In this document: piece after piece, positions 11,561-24,500 of the stretch
Layout of the letters: every line of letters begins with the position of its first letter
Position numbering within the stretch: the stretch's first letter is position 1
Origin: Balanoglossus misakiensis
Lineage: Eukaryota; Animalia; Hemichordata
Direction: 5' to 3'
Assembly (NCBI GenBank): GCA_040954595.2
Contig: CM082584.2
Span: 7,769,919 to 7,833,918 of the forward strand
DNA length: 64,000 bases
Program-made: the position numbers and the translations under genes
Notes under the pieces: model-generated
What the model saw: only the letters and a program-made list of their open reading frames with translations
Databases searched by the model: none
What the model was told of the DNA's origin: nothing

Positions 11561-12831
11561 AAGTCCTGCTTCGTCCTTTCCCCACATTTCTGTGCTAAAT
11601 GATGTGTAGCACATACACTCAACTTTGTATGAAAAAAATAATAAATAAAAAAGCCCTGTCGAACCATCAGTTTTGGGGAAAAAAGTCATGACCATATATA
11701 ACTATTTTATTACACGAGTTGTGTCAGATTCCCGTGAAAAATATTCCTGTTTCTCAGACAAGCAATAGAATTTATAGTTAGCTATCAGCATTTGAAGCAG
11801 AATTGGTTCAAAAGTATTTACAATGTAATGTCTACATTTCTTTTGACGGGTCATGCGTGAGGTTATTTTCTTTCTAGTTGAAAAGGACACAGGGATGTAG
11901 TTTGAGAATCTTTGTATTTTTCATGGTCAGTGTAATATTACACTTGTAGTAAAGTCAGGTGTAACTACTTTATTTGATGGCTGATTATAAGTTACATACA
12001 TCTGCCCTTTCTCTGATTTTATTCTGTAAGCTGTCAGAGTATTTTTACAGAAAAAGTACATTATGAGATTTTCTTCACTTTCTTTTTCAGCATTGGCAAT
12101 ATTTTGCAAGATTTAGTATGTGACTTTCAGTAAATTTTTTTATACCATTATAGAAGTTGTTAATTCTAACTTATCTTTTTGGGTTTCATTGATGTTTTAT
12201 TCGTTCTTTTGCGCGAAATAGGATTGGGTTGGAGAATTTTGTACCGAGTACTCTTTAGTGCCTGTTCTTAAATGTTAGGAGACAGCACCACCCATATGTT
12301 CTTTAGAATGCTCAAATACTTCATTTCAGCCATATATGGGCGTAAGTAAATTCACGGTGACTGTATAACTTTTAAGCAGTCTGTTGGGTGTTAGGAGAGT
12401 CACCCCCTGGATTTGTACCATCCAGATACTTTTCCCCATTCGCCATGCTGGGTAGAATTACTGTAGAAACTTGCACCTCCCCAGGAAATCCAGGGGGACG
12501 TCCTACAATTCTCCCCATGCATGCCTGTGGGGCAACACTGGATTGCCGTTGACTATGGTATTGAAAACTCTAAGATTAAATATGCACCTGGAGGTGTCTT
12601 CACTTCAAAGACTGTCTCGCTTTGGCCGTGGGCTTCGGCTAGACTTCCTTCCGATCATTCCATGAGAATTTAGATTCCTTAGTACTGCTGCTCATGCTTC
12701 AAGTTATATGTATATGTAGTTCTTTCCATCTTGTAAATATATGGACATCATGTTTTTAAAAAATACTTTAAAATACAATGTCAGCGAGTCAATGCGTCAT
12801 TTTCTCACACATGCAAGCAGACTATTACAGA

Positions 12832-12863
12832 CGAATGAATAAACTATCGAATGAATAAACTAT
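12832..12863 (+). terminator. Tandemly duplicated polyadenylation signal (candidate distal end of the sialyltransferase mRNA)
   Basis: 2x cgaatgaataaactat, with AATAAA at 12838 and 12854, followed by a GT/T-rich tract. More proximal AATAAA signals exist at ~11036 and ~11640. Confidence 0.4.
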
Positions 12864-12964
12864 GTTCTTGGATTTGCATGGCAGTTCCCCGGGGGGTGCT
12901 AGTCGGGGGTCTGTAGAGCAGTGGAGAGCAATCGAACACAAGAGAATGGTACTGTAAAAAAAGA

Positions 12965-12970
12965 TTTATT
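12965..12970 (-). terminator. Candidate distal polyadenylation signal for TTLL7
   Basis: TTTATT on + (AATAAA on -) at the edge of the AT-rich region downstream of the TTLL7 stop codon. Confidence 0.4.
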
Positions 12971-15536
12971 TACATAATTTTGCAAGCCCTCAACACACCC
13001 ATTGCCAATGATCGTAACAATTTTGAATTCAACAATGGAGTAACATGGTGCAAGTCGAAGCTGTGCTTGCAGATTTATCAGCTGGATAGAAAATTCCTAA
13101 GAGAAGATTGCTCCGTTTTTTGTTTCTCACTTTAAGAGATTTACTGGAATGTTGCCAACTAGTGTCGGCTAGACTGGGAACATCTGTGCCTGAATGTACA
13201 AATGTGAAATTCGCCCTCAACGGCTACAACCATCCACCTTTCCTTTGAAGAACAACGAGGCAAGTCTGAATATCCCGGTTGATCAGACAGCAAATAAAGG
13301 ACATAATTTAGTGCCAAGCAATGCATTCTTTCATGTTCACCCAAAACTTGCAGCGAGCGTACATTGAAGAGTGTACAGCTATAAGCTCTAAGACCACACA
13401 GGAAAACACCCTCCACCCGACTCGGGGGTGTGCCTGTGGGTACGAAAACTAACTTATCTCCAGAAAAAAAGTTGACAGCAGTCCTTTCTGCATGTGGCAA
13501 TAACTTAAATGGACCGGTCAGTACAAAACAGAAGCGCGCGGAAAGATGGGATTTCCTGTGGACGTGTGCAGCCTAGCCACACATTTGTTTCTTCGTATTT
13601 GCTATCACCCGACTCTGTGTCTGTTTCCAACAGAAACACTGCAGTTAGTCAACGAGTGAGTGACAGGTTTCAAGTACCTGAAACACTTTTGGTGACACAA
13701 AGTTCAAATTTCACAAAGGACCCCCTAGAAATGTCAACGGTCACAAAAATATCAAAATTTCAGAATTGTCACAGCTTGTAACTAAAGCAGGTTGGATCAA
13801 CACATAGGATGATCGTGTGAAAGGGTTTAATTTCTGATAAGATAAAAACATCGGTAAACTCTTTTCCTGACCACCGCCACCTGTTGCATGGATCACAGCT
13901 TAATATCACTCTTCCATTGTCGGAAAATCAGTCATAACATATTTCATATCCATGTTTTTTCCTACCAGAAGTGCAAACCACTATAACTTAGCCAGCTTAA
14001 TATTACACATTATTGCAATTTTTAAAACATATTATAGTGTAAACTTAAATTACGAAAAAAGGAAAATATAAGTAAATGTTAAACTCTAAAGATAATTCAT
14101 AATTTGAAATGAAGCGTTAAAGTCTATACATTAAATGGAAATAGTTCTAAACATATTTACAAGTGCAAAGTCATTTTTGACAAATTGCATACACTTTTTT
14201 TTAGATTTCTTCTTCAGTGGTGTGATGTGAAATATTGTAAATATTTAAGTTTCAAAGTGTGCCTCAAAAGTCTTCAATAATAAATAAATTCATTTAAAAT
14301 ATCCCAGGACTGGTTATACACCAAGACCCGCAGACATTTTGTACGGAGAAATCATGTCTAAAAGGTTAATGCTGATTGGATTGTGGCTGCTTGGGGACTG
14401 TTATCATCCAATCAACAGTGAGCTATCATAATTACTACAAAACGTAAGCTTGTCTGTCACAGATGGAAATGTAGAACGATTGTCTGCTGAAAAAAAGAAA
14501 ATTTCTTTTCGCTTTGATTATTAATTAAAAAACCTGGTTAATTCTCTCAAGTCTTTGTAACTGAACTGAAAATTAAACTTGGCTTATTGTTGCATTAAAG
14601 TTAACTGCATTTTAAAGAAAAGAAAATTTAATTAAATTAAACTGCTGGGAGTGTTTTGTATCTATATTTTCCATGTTATTTTGAGCGTAATTTAGAAAAT
14701 ATGTCAAGTGTGATACTGCTTTCCTTTAAATATGTCCGACTTTTGAGGACTTCAAAGCAAAATTGTGTTTTTTTCTGGTCCATTGAAATATATTTATAAT
14801 TTGTAAATGTGTTTAATGTGAAAACTGTCTCTAGTGATAATGGAGTTATGAATTTTGATCATAAATTTAATCACCAAGATTACAAGATAGGAAAATCACA
14901 TTGCGATCGATTCTTTTTAAGTCTGCAGCAACACTGCAGCTATGAGAAAATAGAGCTGGAATACTCTGTGATAATGTGACTGGGTCATAGACAAAGAGAA
15001 AAGGTCACTGATATTGTTACATTTTCTCACAGACCGTATCAAGCGCTGTTTAACACGCGACATTGCAGGTTGCAGCGTGGTCAAGTGGTCAGACTGCATG
15101 ATGCTGCAGTGCAGTGCAGGCTGGGTAAAACAAGTTTTGACTTGTTGCACTGCGGAGTTGACTGCAGACAGTCTGCAACCCGCATCACCTGGATGCCTGG
15201 TAATATCTGTAACACATCCGCTAACTTTAAGTTAGTAATAAGTGCTCGAGTCTAAACTTTAGCCTATGTTTATAGAAAAAATATTGATTTTGCCTCTGTT
15301 CATGAGGTCACTTTCGGCCATCTTGAAAATAAACCCTGATCCTTTTTTTCGCTGACTTAGGTGGTACCGGTGTCTTAACACGAACTAAGATCCCTACCTC
15401 CAATCATTTCAAGATCCCTGGCTGGTGATCTAAAAGCGATTCCGATGCGCAAATCTATATTCTGCCACAAAATTTAAATCTTGACTTTCGGACTTCAGCG
15501 ACATCAGACAAATTCTTGGCAGACTCTAAACGATTT

Positions 15537-18500
15537 TCAGGAATCCAGAACAGAGCGATTGTTACTGTACAACCTGGACATCCTCTGACTGACTGGACTC
15601 ATCGTGGTCTGGTGCGAGAACGAGGACACGGACGAGCTCGGCAGGCTGGGTCTGGGCGGCCGTACAGACAATGACCTGCAGATAAATAATAAAAAGAAAA
15701 TGGCTGCATTTAGTAGTATCACATAATTCTCCCTACCTTAAATAGGTTTTAAGCTACCTAAGTGAGTGATGAAAATCTCATAGGGTCGACACAGTTTCAA
15801 GATGGCTGATTTTTGCCTTCCTGAGCTTATCCATTCTGCTTGCTATAGGTGTTTCTGTCTGTTTCAACAGACCGTAATCATTTTTAGAAACACCTATATA
15901 TAATTTCAGCATTGAGTTGATACTGACAGCAATATTCTGCTTGCCTCAGAGAGAAAATATATTTTAATCTTAAATTTTATTAGCAAGTAAACATTTGAAC
16001 TGAGAACTGCGGTAATTCACAAAAAGCATATAATGTACGATTACAAAAGATAATATTTTTGTGAGATAGAAAAAAAAATTGCTGGCAGACATCTCACCAC
16101 TGACGCATATGGCATCAGGTCTCTGGATAACACTGACAATGACAACCACACTCCTTGATATTAGCAACACCGACATTGACACTGACATTGACCGCCGGCA
16201 ATGACATTGACACTGACCTGCTTGGTGGAGGGGCCTCGGCCGGAGTGGACAGGGAACTCTTGGCCTCCGAGGCAAACTGGTAGACGATGAGCAAACAGTC
16301 GCGGCACAGCTGCACGATGCGGCGGCAACAACTCATCTCGGTGCCCGATATCACGTCCGTGCTCTTGCTGAAAATGGTTTCCCACGAATTCCTGCGAAAC
16401 CAGCGAAATTACTTTCTCAGTTTTTAAGACAAATCACTCAATGATATCGGTTGAAGCTGTTACTGCTACAAATTCGCTGAGCTCTAACACTTTCTCAAAG
16501 GGCCCGAAAGACATCGCAAGCAGCCACTCTCAGATATAGCATAAACACGCCACCCGCCCATCCCTCCAAAATATACTCCCAGGTAACCTCCCCTGCTTCT
16601 ATTGGTACGACCCGTCTGACCATCCGACATCAAAGCGACCCAGGCACTGTGCATTGAACCCAAAGGGGTTCTACAGCTCAGGCAATTAACTCACCCTGAG
16701 GTTGAGAAGCAGTTCCACAGACCCTGCCCGTGGCTCCACAAGAGACGATTGAACACCCGGTTGAAAATACGATAGAGTCGCAGCGTTTCCACATCGTTGC
16801 TTCGCCAGGTGCGTTGCAGGACGGCGCGTACGTTGGAGCGCACTATGTCGATCACCTTCCTCCTCTTGATGGAGTCTAGTTTGACAAGCCAATAGGAGGC
16901 AATCCTAGGCTTGTGAAACTTCCAATTGTCTTGTAACTGTGATGAAAGTCACATTATAAACGTCAGATTATGTTCAAATAGACGAGTTGGAGCGCCTGCA
17001 AAGGACTGAATCATTCAGTCTAAGAGACTGTCTGAGTTAGTGAATCAATAACCTCTTTGTCAATAGTAAACTTGATCTTTGTCTAAGGAAATGAGGTTTC
17101 AGGCTTAATCTGTGAGGTTTGATTTTTGCACCTGCTGCGTGTACCAGCACACAAAAACAACACACTGCAAGTGACAATATATGATCCAACCAATCAAAGC
17201 ACAGAAGATGGACGCAATGAGCTACAATCAATTTCAAAGCCAATCCCATCCCTGCCCACCAATTACCTGTTGTAAAATGACCTCAGCTTCTTCGTCCGTC
17301 TTTCCCGGGAATTTAATTCTCATGTCGTTCAGCGCCCCACACGTCTTCTTCGTCATCTCCTCCTCCCTCTCTCTCACTGCCGCGGTGATGAACGCTTCAT
17401 CCTGAATGGGGGAAGTGGGGGGGGGGGGGGGGGGGGGGGGTGAGAAGAATCAACAGAATTAGTAACTGTTAACCTTTAGTAACTGCTTTAACCTTTTCAC
17501 AGTCATGATTTGATCCAAACTCGTGTTTTCTATGGTATAGTTGGACCTCTATACAAGGAGATAGGGGTGAAAGGGTTAACAGTGTTTCCAATACTGGGTT
17601 GTCATTGATACTAGAAGTAATGTATAGCTCACCACGACAGGATTGATTGAGCCCACTGGTGTGATCCTGTGGGTTGACGACAACGGCCGGGTCAGCGACC
17701 TTGACCTGGTCCCCGACTGCGGCCGTGTAATGGGCCTCTGTGCCGACAGCGGCCGAGATTTCCTTCCCATGACCCCTTGCTGCGCCCGTGACATCGGCCT
17801 CCCGCTGCGACTGTCTCTGGGCGACCCTGGCGGAGAGAGTTCGGACATCTCGTCCCCGACCGAGTCGGCGGCACTGGGCATGGACGACAGAGGTTTGGGT
17901 CCCCGTGGAATTAGCTTCCCGTCTCTGAAGTCGACGCCATCCAGCTCACACTGTTGTAACATGTCGAGAATTTCATCTTCCTGCAAAAAAATCAGTAATA
18001 AAACATCACTTTAGACAAAACCAGTTTCTGTAAAAGATTTTGACAGTAATAGATATCTGTATGTCTTTCATTACTTGGAATACATTATAGAAAATAAAGT
18101 CTTATATAAAACTCAACTCAGATTTTTCTATTTCTCCCGTATAAAAGCTATTTTGGCCTCAAGAAATGAGACCAAAGCAACTCAATTTTAATAGTATGAG
18201 CCTTTCATTCTCTTTTTTTTCAAAATGCAGCTAAAATCAAACATTATTTTACAGCATAAAAAGCCACAATCAGATTTGAATGTTGGATGAACAATGGAAA
18301 AAAAAAGATTGTGAACATACAACTATTGCTGTTGAGGCACAAGGCCTCTTTGCTTTAGTTAGCGCTGGTCCGCCCTAGTTAATCCTAGTTAGCCTTAGTT
18401 AATCTTATTAAGTTGAAACTGACCCTGAGTTGCCTGAATGTCCTGGTCACTTCCCGCTGTAGAGACGCAGCTCGTCCGGATAAAAACAACTGGAATGCGT

Positions 18501-21500
18501 CCGCCAGCAGCCCAGTATACTTCTCAATGCTCAACTTGTCCGTTGGCGGGAATATCCTGCGGAATCGCCCCATGTTGCGATTTTCAAATTCTTCACGGGC
18601 GTTCTCCCGCCTCACTTGCGCCAACCTCTCTTTCAGCTCTTCTCTCCTCTTGTCAACGATGATCTTCTTCTTATCAAGTTCCTGGTTTGTTCATAAAAAA
18701 GCTCACTATTAGTCGTGTGTCAGTCTCAACCCTCTCACCCTATTTCTGACAACATGGATCGGACCATGCAACTGCATATAATAGGGCAAAACCATTCAGC
18801 AAGGTGATCAAGGGGACTTGTGGTCTCTTCTCAGGAACCTTTTTACATCTCCCAAAATGTGGCCATTTTTGCCCAAACATTCTTGGACTAGACTAGATAC
18901 ATGTACCATATTGTACAGCATAATCATTAAACACTTGAACCGAGATGAATATGTAGTAACTCTTTATATCTCACCGTGAGTTCTGTCTCAGATCTCCTGG
19001 TTGGTCTCAGCAGTCGTTTCTGCGACTCCAACTTCTGCGCGGCCATTCCTTTCCGTTTGTCCGACGGCTTGATGTTGAGCAACCGGAATGTGTCTTCCAG
19101 GAGGCCGCCTTTGATTTCCAGGTCGATCTTCTGATCTGTGCCGAAACTGGGAGATCTGTTGATCTGTGGGGCAGCAGGGGAAAAAGGGGGGATGGTGAGA
19201 AACGTAGAAAGGAAAGATCTGGAATACTGAGACTGTGATAACTAGCCCAATGGCACCAAGTGTGAATAATTTCTTTCAGATAATGTGGTGATTTGATATT
19301 TGACATGTGGTACTGAAACCAGAAAAGCTATAATCTATATATGTGACTGAAAAAAGAGAGAATTTATTCATTTCCAAACTTGTTTCATCATGACACATTC
19401 TTTGTTTCAGTTAAGCTACTGCACACATCAAGTCAATTAACAGGACTATGATAGAATAACCCCCCCCCCCCCCACCATCCCACAAAGTAACAGTCACTTA
19501 TTGAGCTTTACCTCCAGCAACCATGGTTTGAGTTTCCTGTCCAGCAGAACATCAAATCCCAAGATTTCAAAGCACACACTGTCACTGCCCGGGGGCTGGC
19601 CTGGACGACACATACGATATGCATGAAGTACGTGTGGCTCTGCAACAACCATGGTCTTCACAATCAGATCCTGAAATGTCGACGAGGGGGAAAAAATGAA
19701 AATTTCAATTTTCGTTCTAGAATTTGTTACCGGGCTAATCATATAGTCTAAGGCAAATTTTCATGTGATTCTGTGATAAAGACTGGATGTGGGTGGTACG
19801 CATAAACACGAAAGAAAATAATTGGAATGTTTCAGTTTGCTATCATCTAAACATATATAAATAAAATGTAACTCATACGGAGCAGACGTGAATACCAACT
19901 GGTTTTCGCGATTATGTGTCAATATCACCACAATTCTGAAGAAGACATCTTTGTATGATAGCAGAGCGCATATAAAAATGTCTGTTAGGTTAAATCGCAT
20001 GCAAATTTTTCAGCTAGCCGATTCTGATTGGCTGATCACCAGATGAGGCATTTGTGTCACAGTAGGGCGGCTTACCGTGATGCTTTTCCAGATGGCGGCA
20101 ACATCGTAGTCGTTTTTCCTGAGGAAGTCGTTAAGGTACTTGATGGATCGTTTGCTGCCACTGTCCACTTCGTCCGTCTTCTCGAAATTTTCGCTCCGTT
20201 TGTTGACAGAGTAATTTGTCAGGTGCATGAAAAGCTGATCCTGTTGAAATAAATGCATAAATTTCAAAATGTAGGATTTGAAAGTGAATCACAATCTCAT
20301 CTGGTTGAATTTGGAACATGAGGGAATCTGAAATGTTGTACAGTCCATAACCTAACAGAAAAGTTTATATGTGCTCTTTCATGTTGAAAACTGTGTCAGT
20401 TCATGAAAGAAACTCTGAAACTAATTAAATTTTGATTGCTTTAAATAGGTGCCATAATTAAGTGTTGGAAAATCAATACGCCTATGTGTTCATAATTCAT
20501 GCCAGTTTGAATTATTCAATCAGCCAAATTAAACATCTCCCAAACTTCGTGGTTTATGGTGTGCGGCCACTTAACTTGATTGTTGGCACAAACACTGATA
20601 TTTTCTGAACAGGAAAATGACACAAGATGATTTACAACAGCATATGAGTTCTGCACGTCAATTATTCAAAGCAAAATTTGCTCCTGATAACACATTCATT
20701 GGCAGCTGTCCGTCTGACCCAGCATGCGTATACAGTAAAGAATCTGCCCACGCTGCCGTAAAGTCAAAATTACCCACGATGCACCGCAACAATCTGTGAG
20801 TTGTCCTGGGCCGGAGTCAAACCAGAGTAGATGTAGTCAGATCTTTGGGCCTCAAGTCCTTAAAACGCAAAGTTTTTTCTTAAACTCTGGCACACGAGCC
20901 CTGATTGAGACTTGACACGCGTATTGCAGTAGCACAGATCACATGAGACGCATCACCATGGCGACCCATATCACTACAATACTTACCACGTTGGAGTCGG
21001 TAGGATGGCAGTACTTCTCCGTGCTCAGTCTGACCAATCCGTCGTTGTACAGGAATATCCTGAGCGGGTCACACGACGTCACCAGCACGTACACCCGCAG
21101 GTCGAATTTGTAACCGTCGATCAGGAACGGCTTGTCCAGGTATTCCTGCACGATCATGTGATCGTGTTGCGGAATCTTTTCCCCATTTCTATAAAGGACA
21201 ATTCTGAAACGACAAAGGAGAAAAGAAGATTATTTTTTTATCAAATGAATTAAAAACCCTTACGGAAGGGTAGTTTCCTTTCCCACTTTCAAATGTCTCT
21301 TTTCAAATCTTGCAAATTTAATTTTCTGCGCGTACATAGCATGAGGCTACCTCTACAAGCCACTTCTTGGATTTGTATACAACAGGTAATAATGTTAAGC
21401 TATTAAAGTCACTGAATTTCTGTGTCAAAGATAAGCAGACCGAAAAAGGAAACGATTTCAGGCAGGTTTTATTCAGCGTGGGAACGCAGTAAAATTCACA

Positions 21501-24500
21501 ATTGACTAAATATGCCTGAACGGTAATTACATACTCGGATATTTCATGCGCTATTTATAGTCTTGACTGTTGATCAGCATTGTGTATGACTGCAGGGTAA
21601 ATTGGTCTTCAGGCATACGTCGGCAATCGTCGTTTATCAAACGGTGTTTGTGAATTATGGCATGCTACGCTAAGTCGAGTTATAACTTATATACTAGATG
21701 ACCCAAAGCAGAGCTTTGTCGTATTGCATCGAAATTCTGTTCTCTTTTGTCTCAATTTATATCAACGCTGGTGTGGCTAACTCCTCCCGAAAGCAGAAAA
21801 AAAAACACATGTAACACAGGAATTCAGTGAACACTGCCCGACAGATTGTGTTTTTGTTTTGTGTTTTGACTGGTCGGACAACAGACCTTGGGGGTAATCA
21901 CCCGTAGTCACACACCTGACTGCGCACTGTGTTACACAACGCAATTGAGGTTTGTCTACACACTGATGCATAATAAGCGGTTTGAGAAGGCTACACTATT
22001 CATTGTGACATGGGTGATTGCTTCCCCATCATTTAAAAAAAAACATTTGTGGCTTTTCCAAAATCAGAAACAACTCCATGCCCATCAGTTCTGTTCTCTA
22101 AGAGCACAAAAACATGCCACACGATGTATTAGTGAATGGGTTGAACATTCAAGGAAACATCTAGGAGACAACCTGTTTTGATCAATCCTCAGACAAATTC
22201 TATGACAGGTACGTCCATAAGCTTACATGCATTAAACACTTTTTTTAATTCAGCTAATACCACTTATCAGTTCTGTCAAATTTTACCAGAAAATTTCATA
22301 AATCTGCTTCAATCATTTGTACATGACCAATCAGATCACTTTCGGTTTGGGTCAGTACTGATTTTTTTTTCTTGTAATGAGGACCAATCCACTTATCACA
22401 GAGGGGTGTACATGTCAGGGTATGAAGAGCGGGGTGAACTCACCCATTGCCCATGGCACCATTGGCAGGTTTGCATATGAATGTCTTGTGTTTCTTCTTC
22501 CTCTTCAGATCCCGGACGTGGCACTGGAATGCGTTGTATTCCGACGGGAAGATCCAGGTTCGCGGCGAGAAGCTGTACTCTTCCGGATGACTCTTGCCAA
22601 TCCTGTCGTTAACAAAAAAACATGCAGTCATCTACTGATCTGTAGTGCTGTACAGAAATAATCGACAAAATCTCTGAGGGGTCTCTGCCTTCAGTTCACT
22701 AGACCTGTCCACATTTGGGGGAGAAAGTGCAAAACTTGCATGCACTCAATCGGTCAACTTACTTGGTGATATTTCTGGCCAGACAGTCCTTGCGACAGAT
22801 CTCTCCCATTCCGGGAAAATGATTGATTTTCTGCAGAAGCGACAAAGACAAACACGTTTAGAGTTGATGGAAAATGGAACGCTAAAACACGGAAAGAGGT
22901 GGAGAATATTCCTATACATAAATCTGCCTGATTTTGTCCGAGCGAAGGAGAAATTTGCTCGAACGAATCACTAAGAACACTGATACTGGGCAGATCGGTT
23001 GTTGGTGCAAAGAGATTTTGCACTCAGATCTGGTTCAACCGTCCATGATCTGCATATTAATCTTCATACCAGGTGATAATTGACAGACATATAGAATATC
23101 TCAAAGCAAACAAATTCTGGAGTGCTGAATCCTTACCTGGTAGGGTTTGAGTTCAATGACCCTTTCTGATGAGACAAAACTATCACTCCAATACAGGAAA
23201 CTGAAAAAATATACAGTACAACAGTTGGTTCACACACGACACTGAACTTCAATTCAAAGAAACAAGTCCTAAACTCTGTTTTGTATACATTGTTTAAATA
23301 CAACTTCAGCCAATGAGCTGATGTGAAGTGCTCTTTGAATGTGGCTTGTGATTGGCCAATTACTCTGCTATTAAACTCTTCTAACATACTTTCTGAGGGA
23401 CTCACGTGCAGCTAGCAGACAACTACATACCTAATAACATCATCTTCTTTGTGGGTGACTAAACCAAATTTTTCACAAACTTTTCTTACTGAAATGCAAA
23501 AAGAGAAAACACATAGATGAAAATAATAATTTTATACAGTTTCCTTTTCTACTCCCACAGCATGTTGACATGCCCAATATTGAGACAAAAGAAAACCGCA
23601 CACACCTATTTCATATTTGGTACCAGCCAGATTGAACGTGATAGGTGGCCGTTTCTTCTTCACTTTCTTCCGTTGATTGAGATTGTAGGAAGATGATGAC
23701 GATAACCTTGTCTGTTTCTCATCATCACTTTCTTCCTCCACTCCATTTTCCATTGCAGCGCTGGAGGCCGATTGGACACTCTGCCTATGTGCCGATTCCC
23801 CTGGAAAATAAGCCAGAATGTTGGACAATGTGCATATCTCATGATCTGGATTTAGTATCAGGCAATGTCTACACTAGAGTGTTTTCCGATACACTTGTTT
23901 GTCAATTGGCAACCGCTGGTGATAAGCAGTTATATCTCCAGTGTTTTAAAACTCAAAATAGATAATTACAGTTGCCTGATCATGATTTCAGTGTGTTTGT
24001 TCCTGTTTTCACAATAATTGGCAGTTTGACAACACAATGCACAACTGCCATATTGGATCCGTCGAATCTTTGCCAGAACTGAAAATTTCACTGCCAACAA
24101 GATGAAGATATACATGTACATGTAGTTCAGTTGACAAAAAATGTCAGGCAAATGAATGCAGTGGCAACCAACATTTTGAATGTTGTTCCAACTCTGAGTT
24201 GCACCAAACACCACCCAGTAGAGACAACATTTTGTTCATTTGAAACGTTGTATAATTTTGATGAAAAAAAAGTTTTAACCAAACAAATGACTAATCTCGA
24301 AGTCACTCCTGATGACATACTAGTACATGTACATCACGGGTGAAATATTATGGACATTTATCAATGTGACACTCAAATTGTTGTCTTTTATCAAAGGCCA
24401 ACAGAACATAGCCTGAAAATGTACAATGGTAGCTTTAACAAACATAGCAACAGGTAAACCGCATGTCTCTACATTTTCAATAATGCCAGGCTTTATCCTA

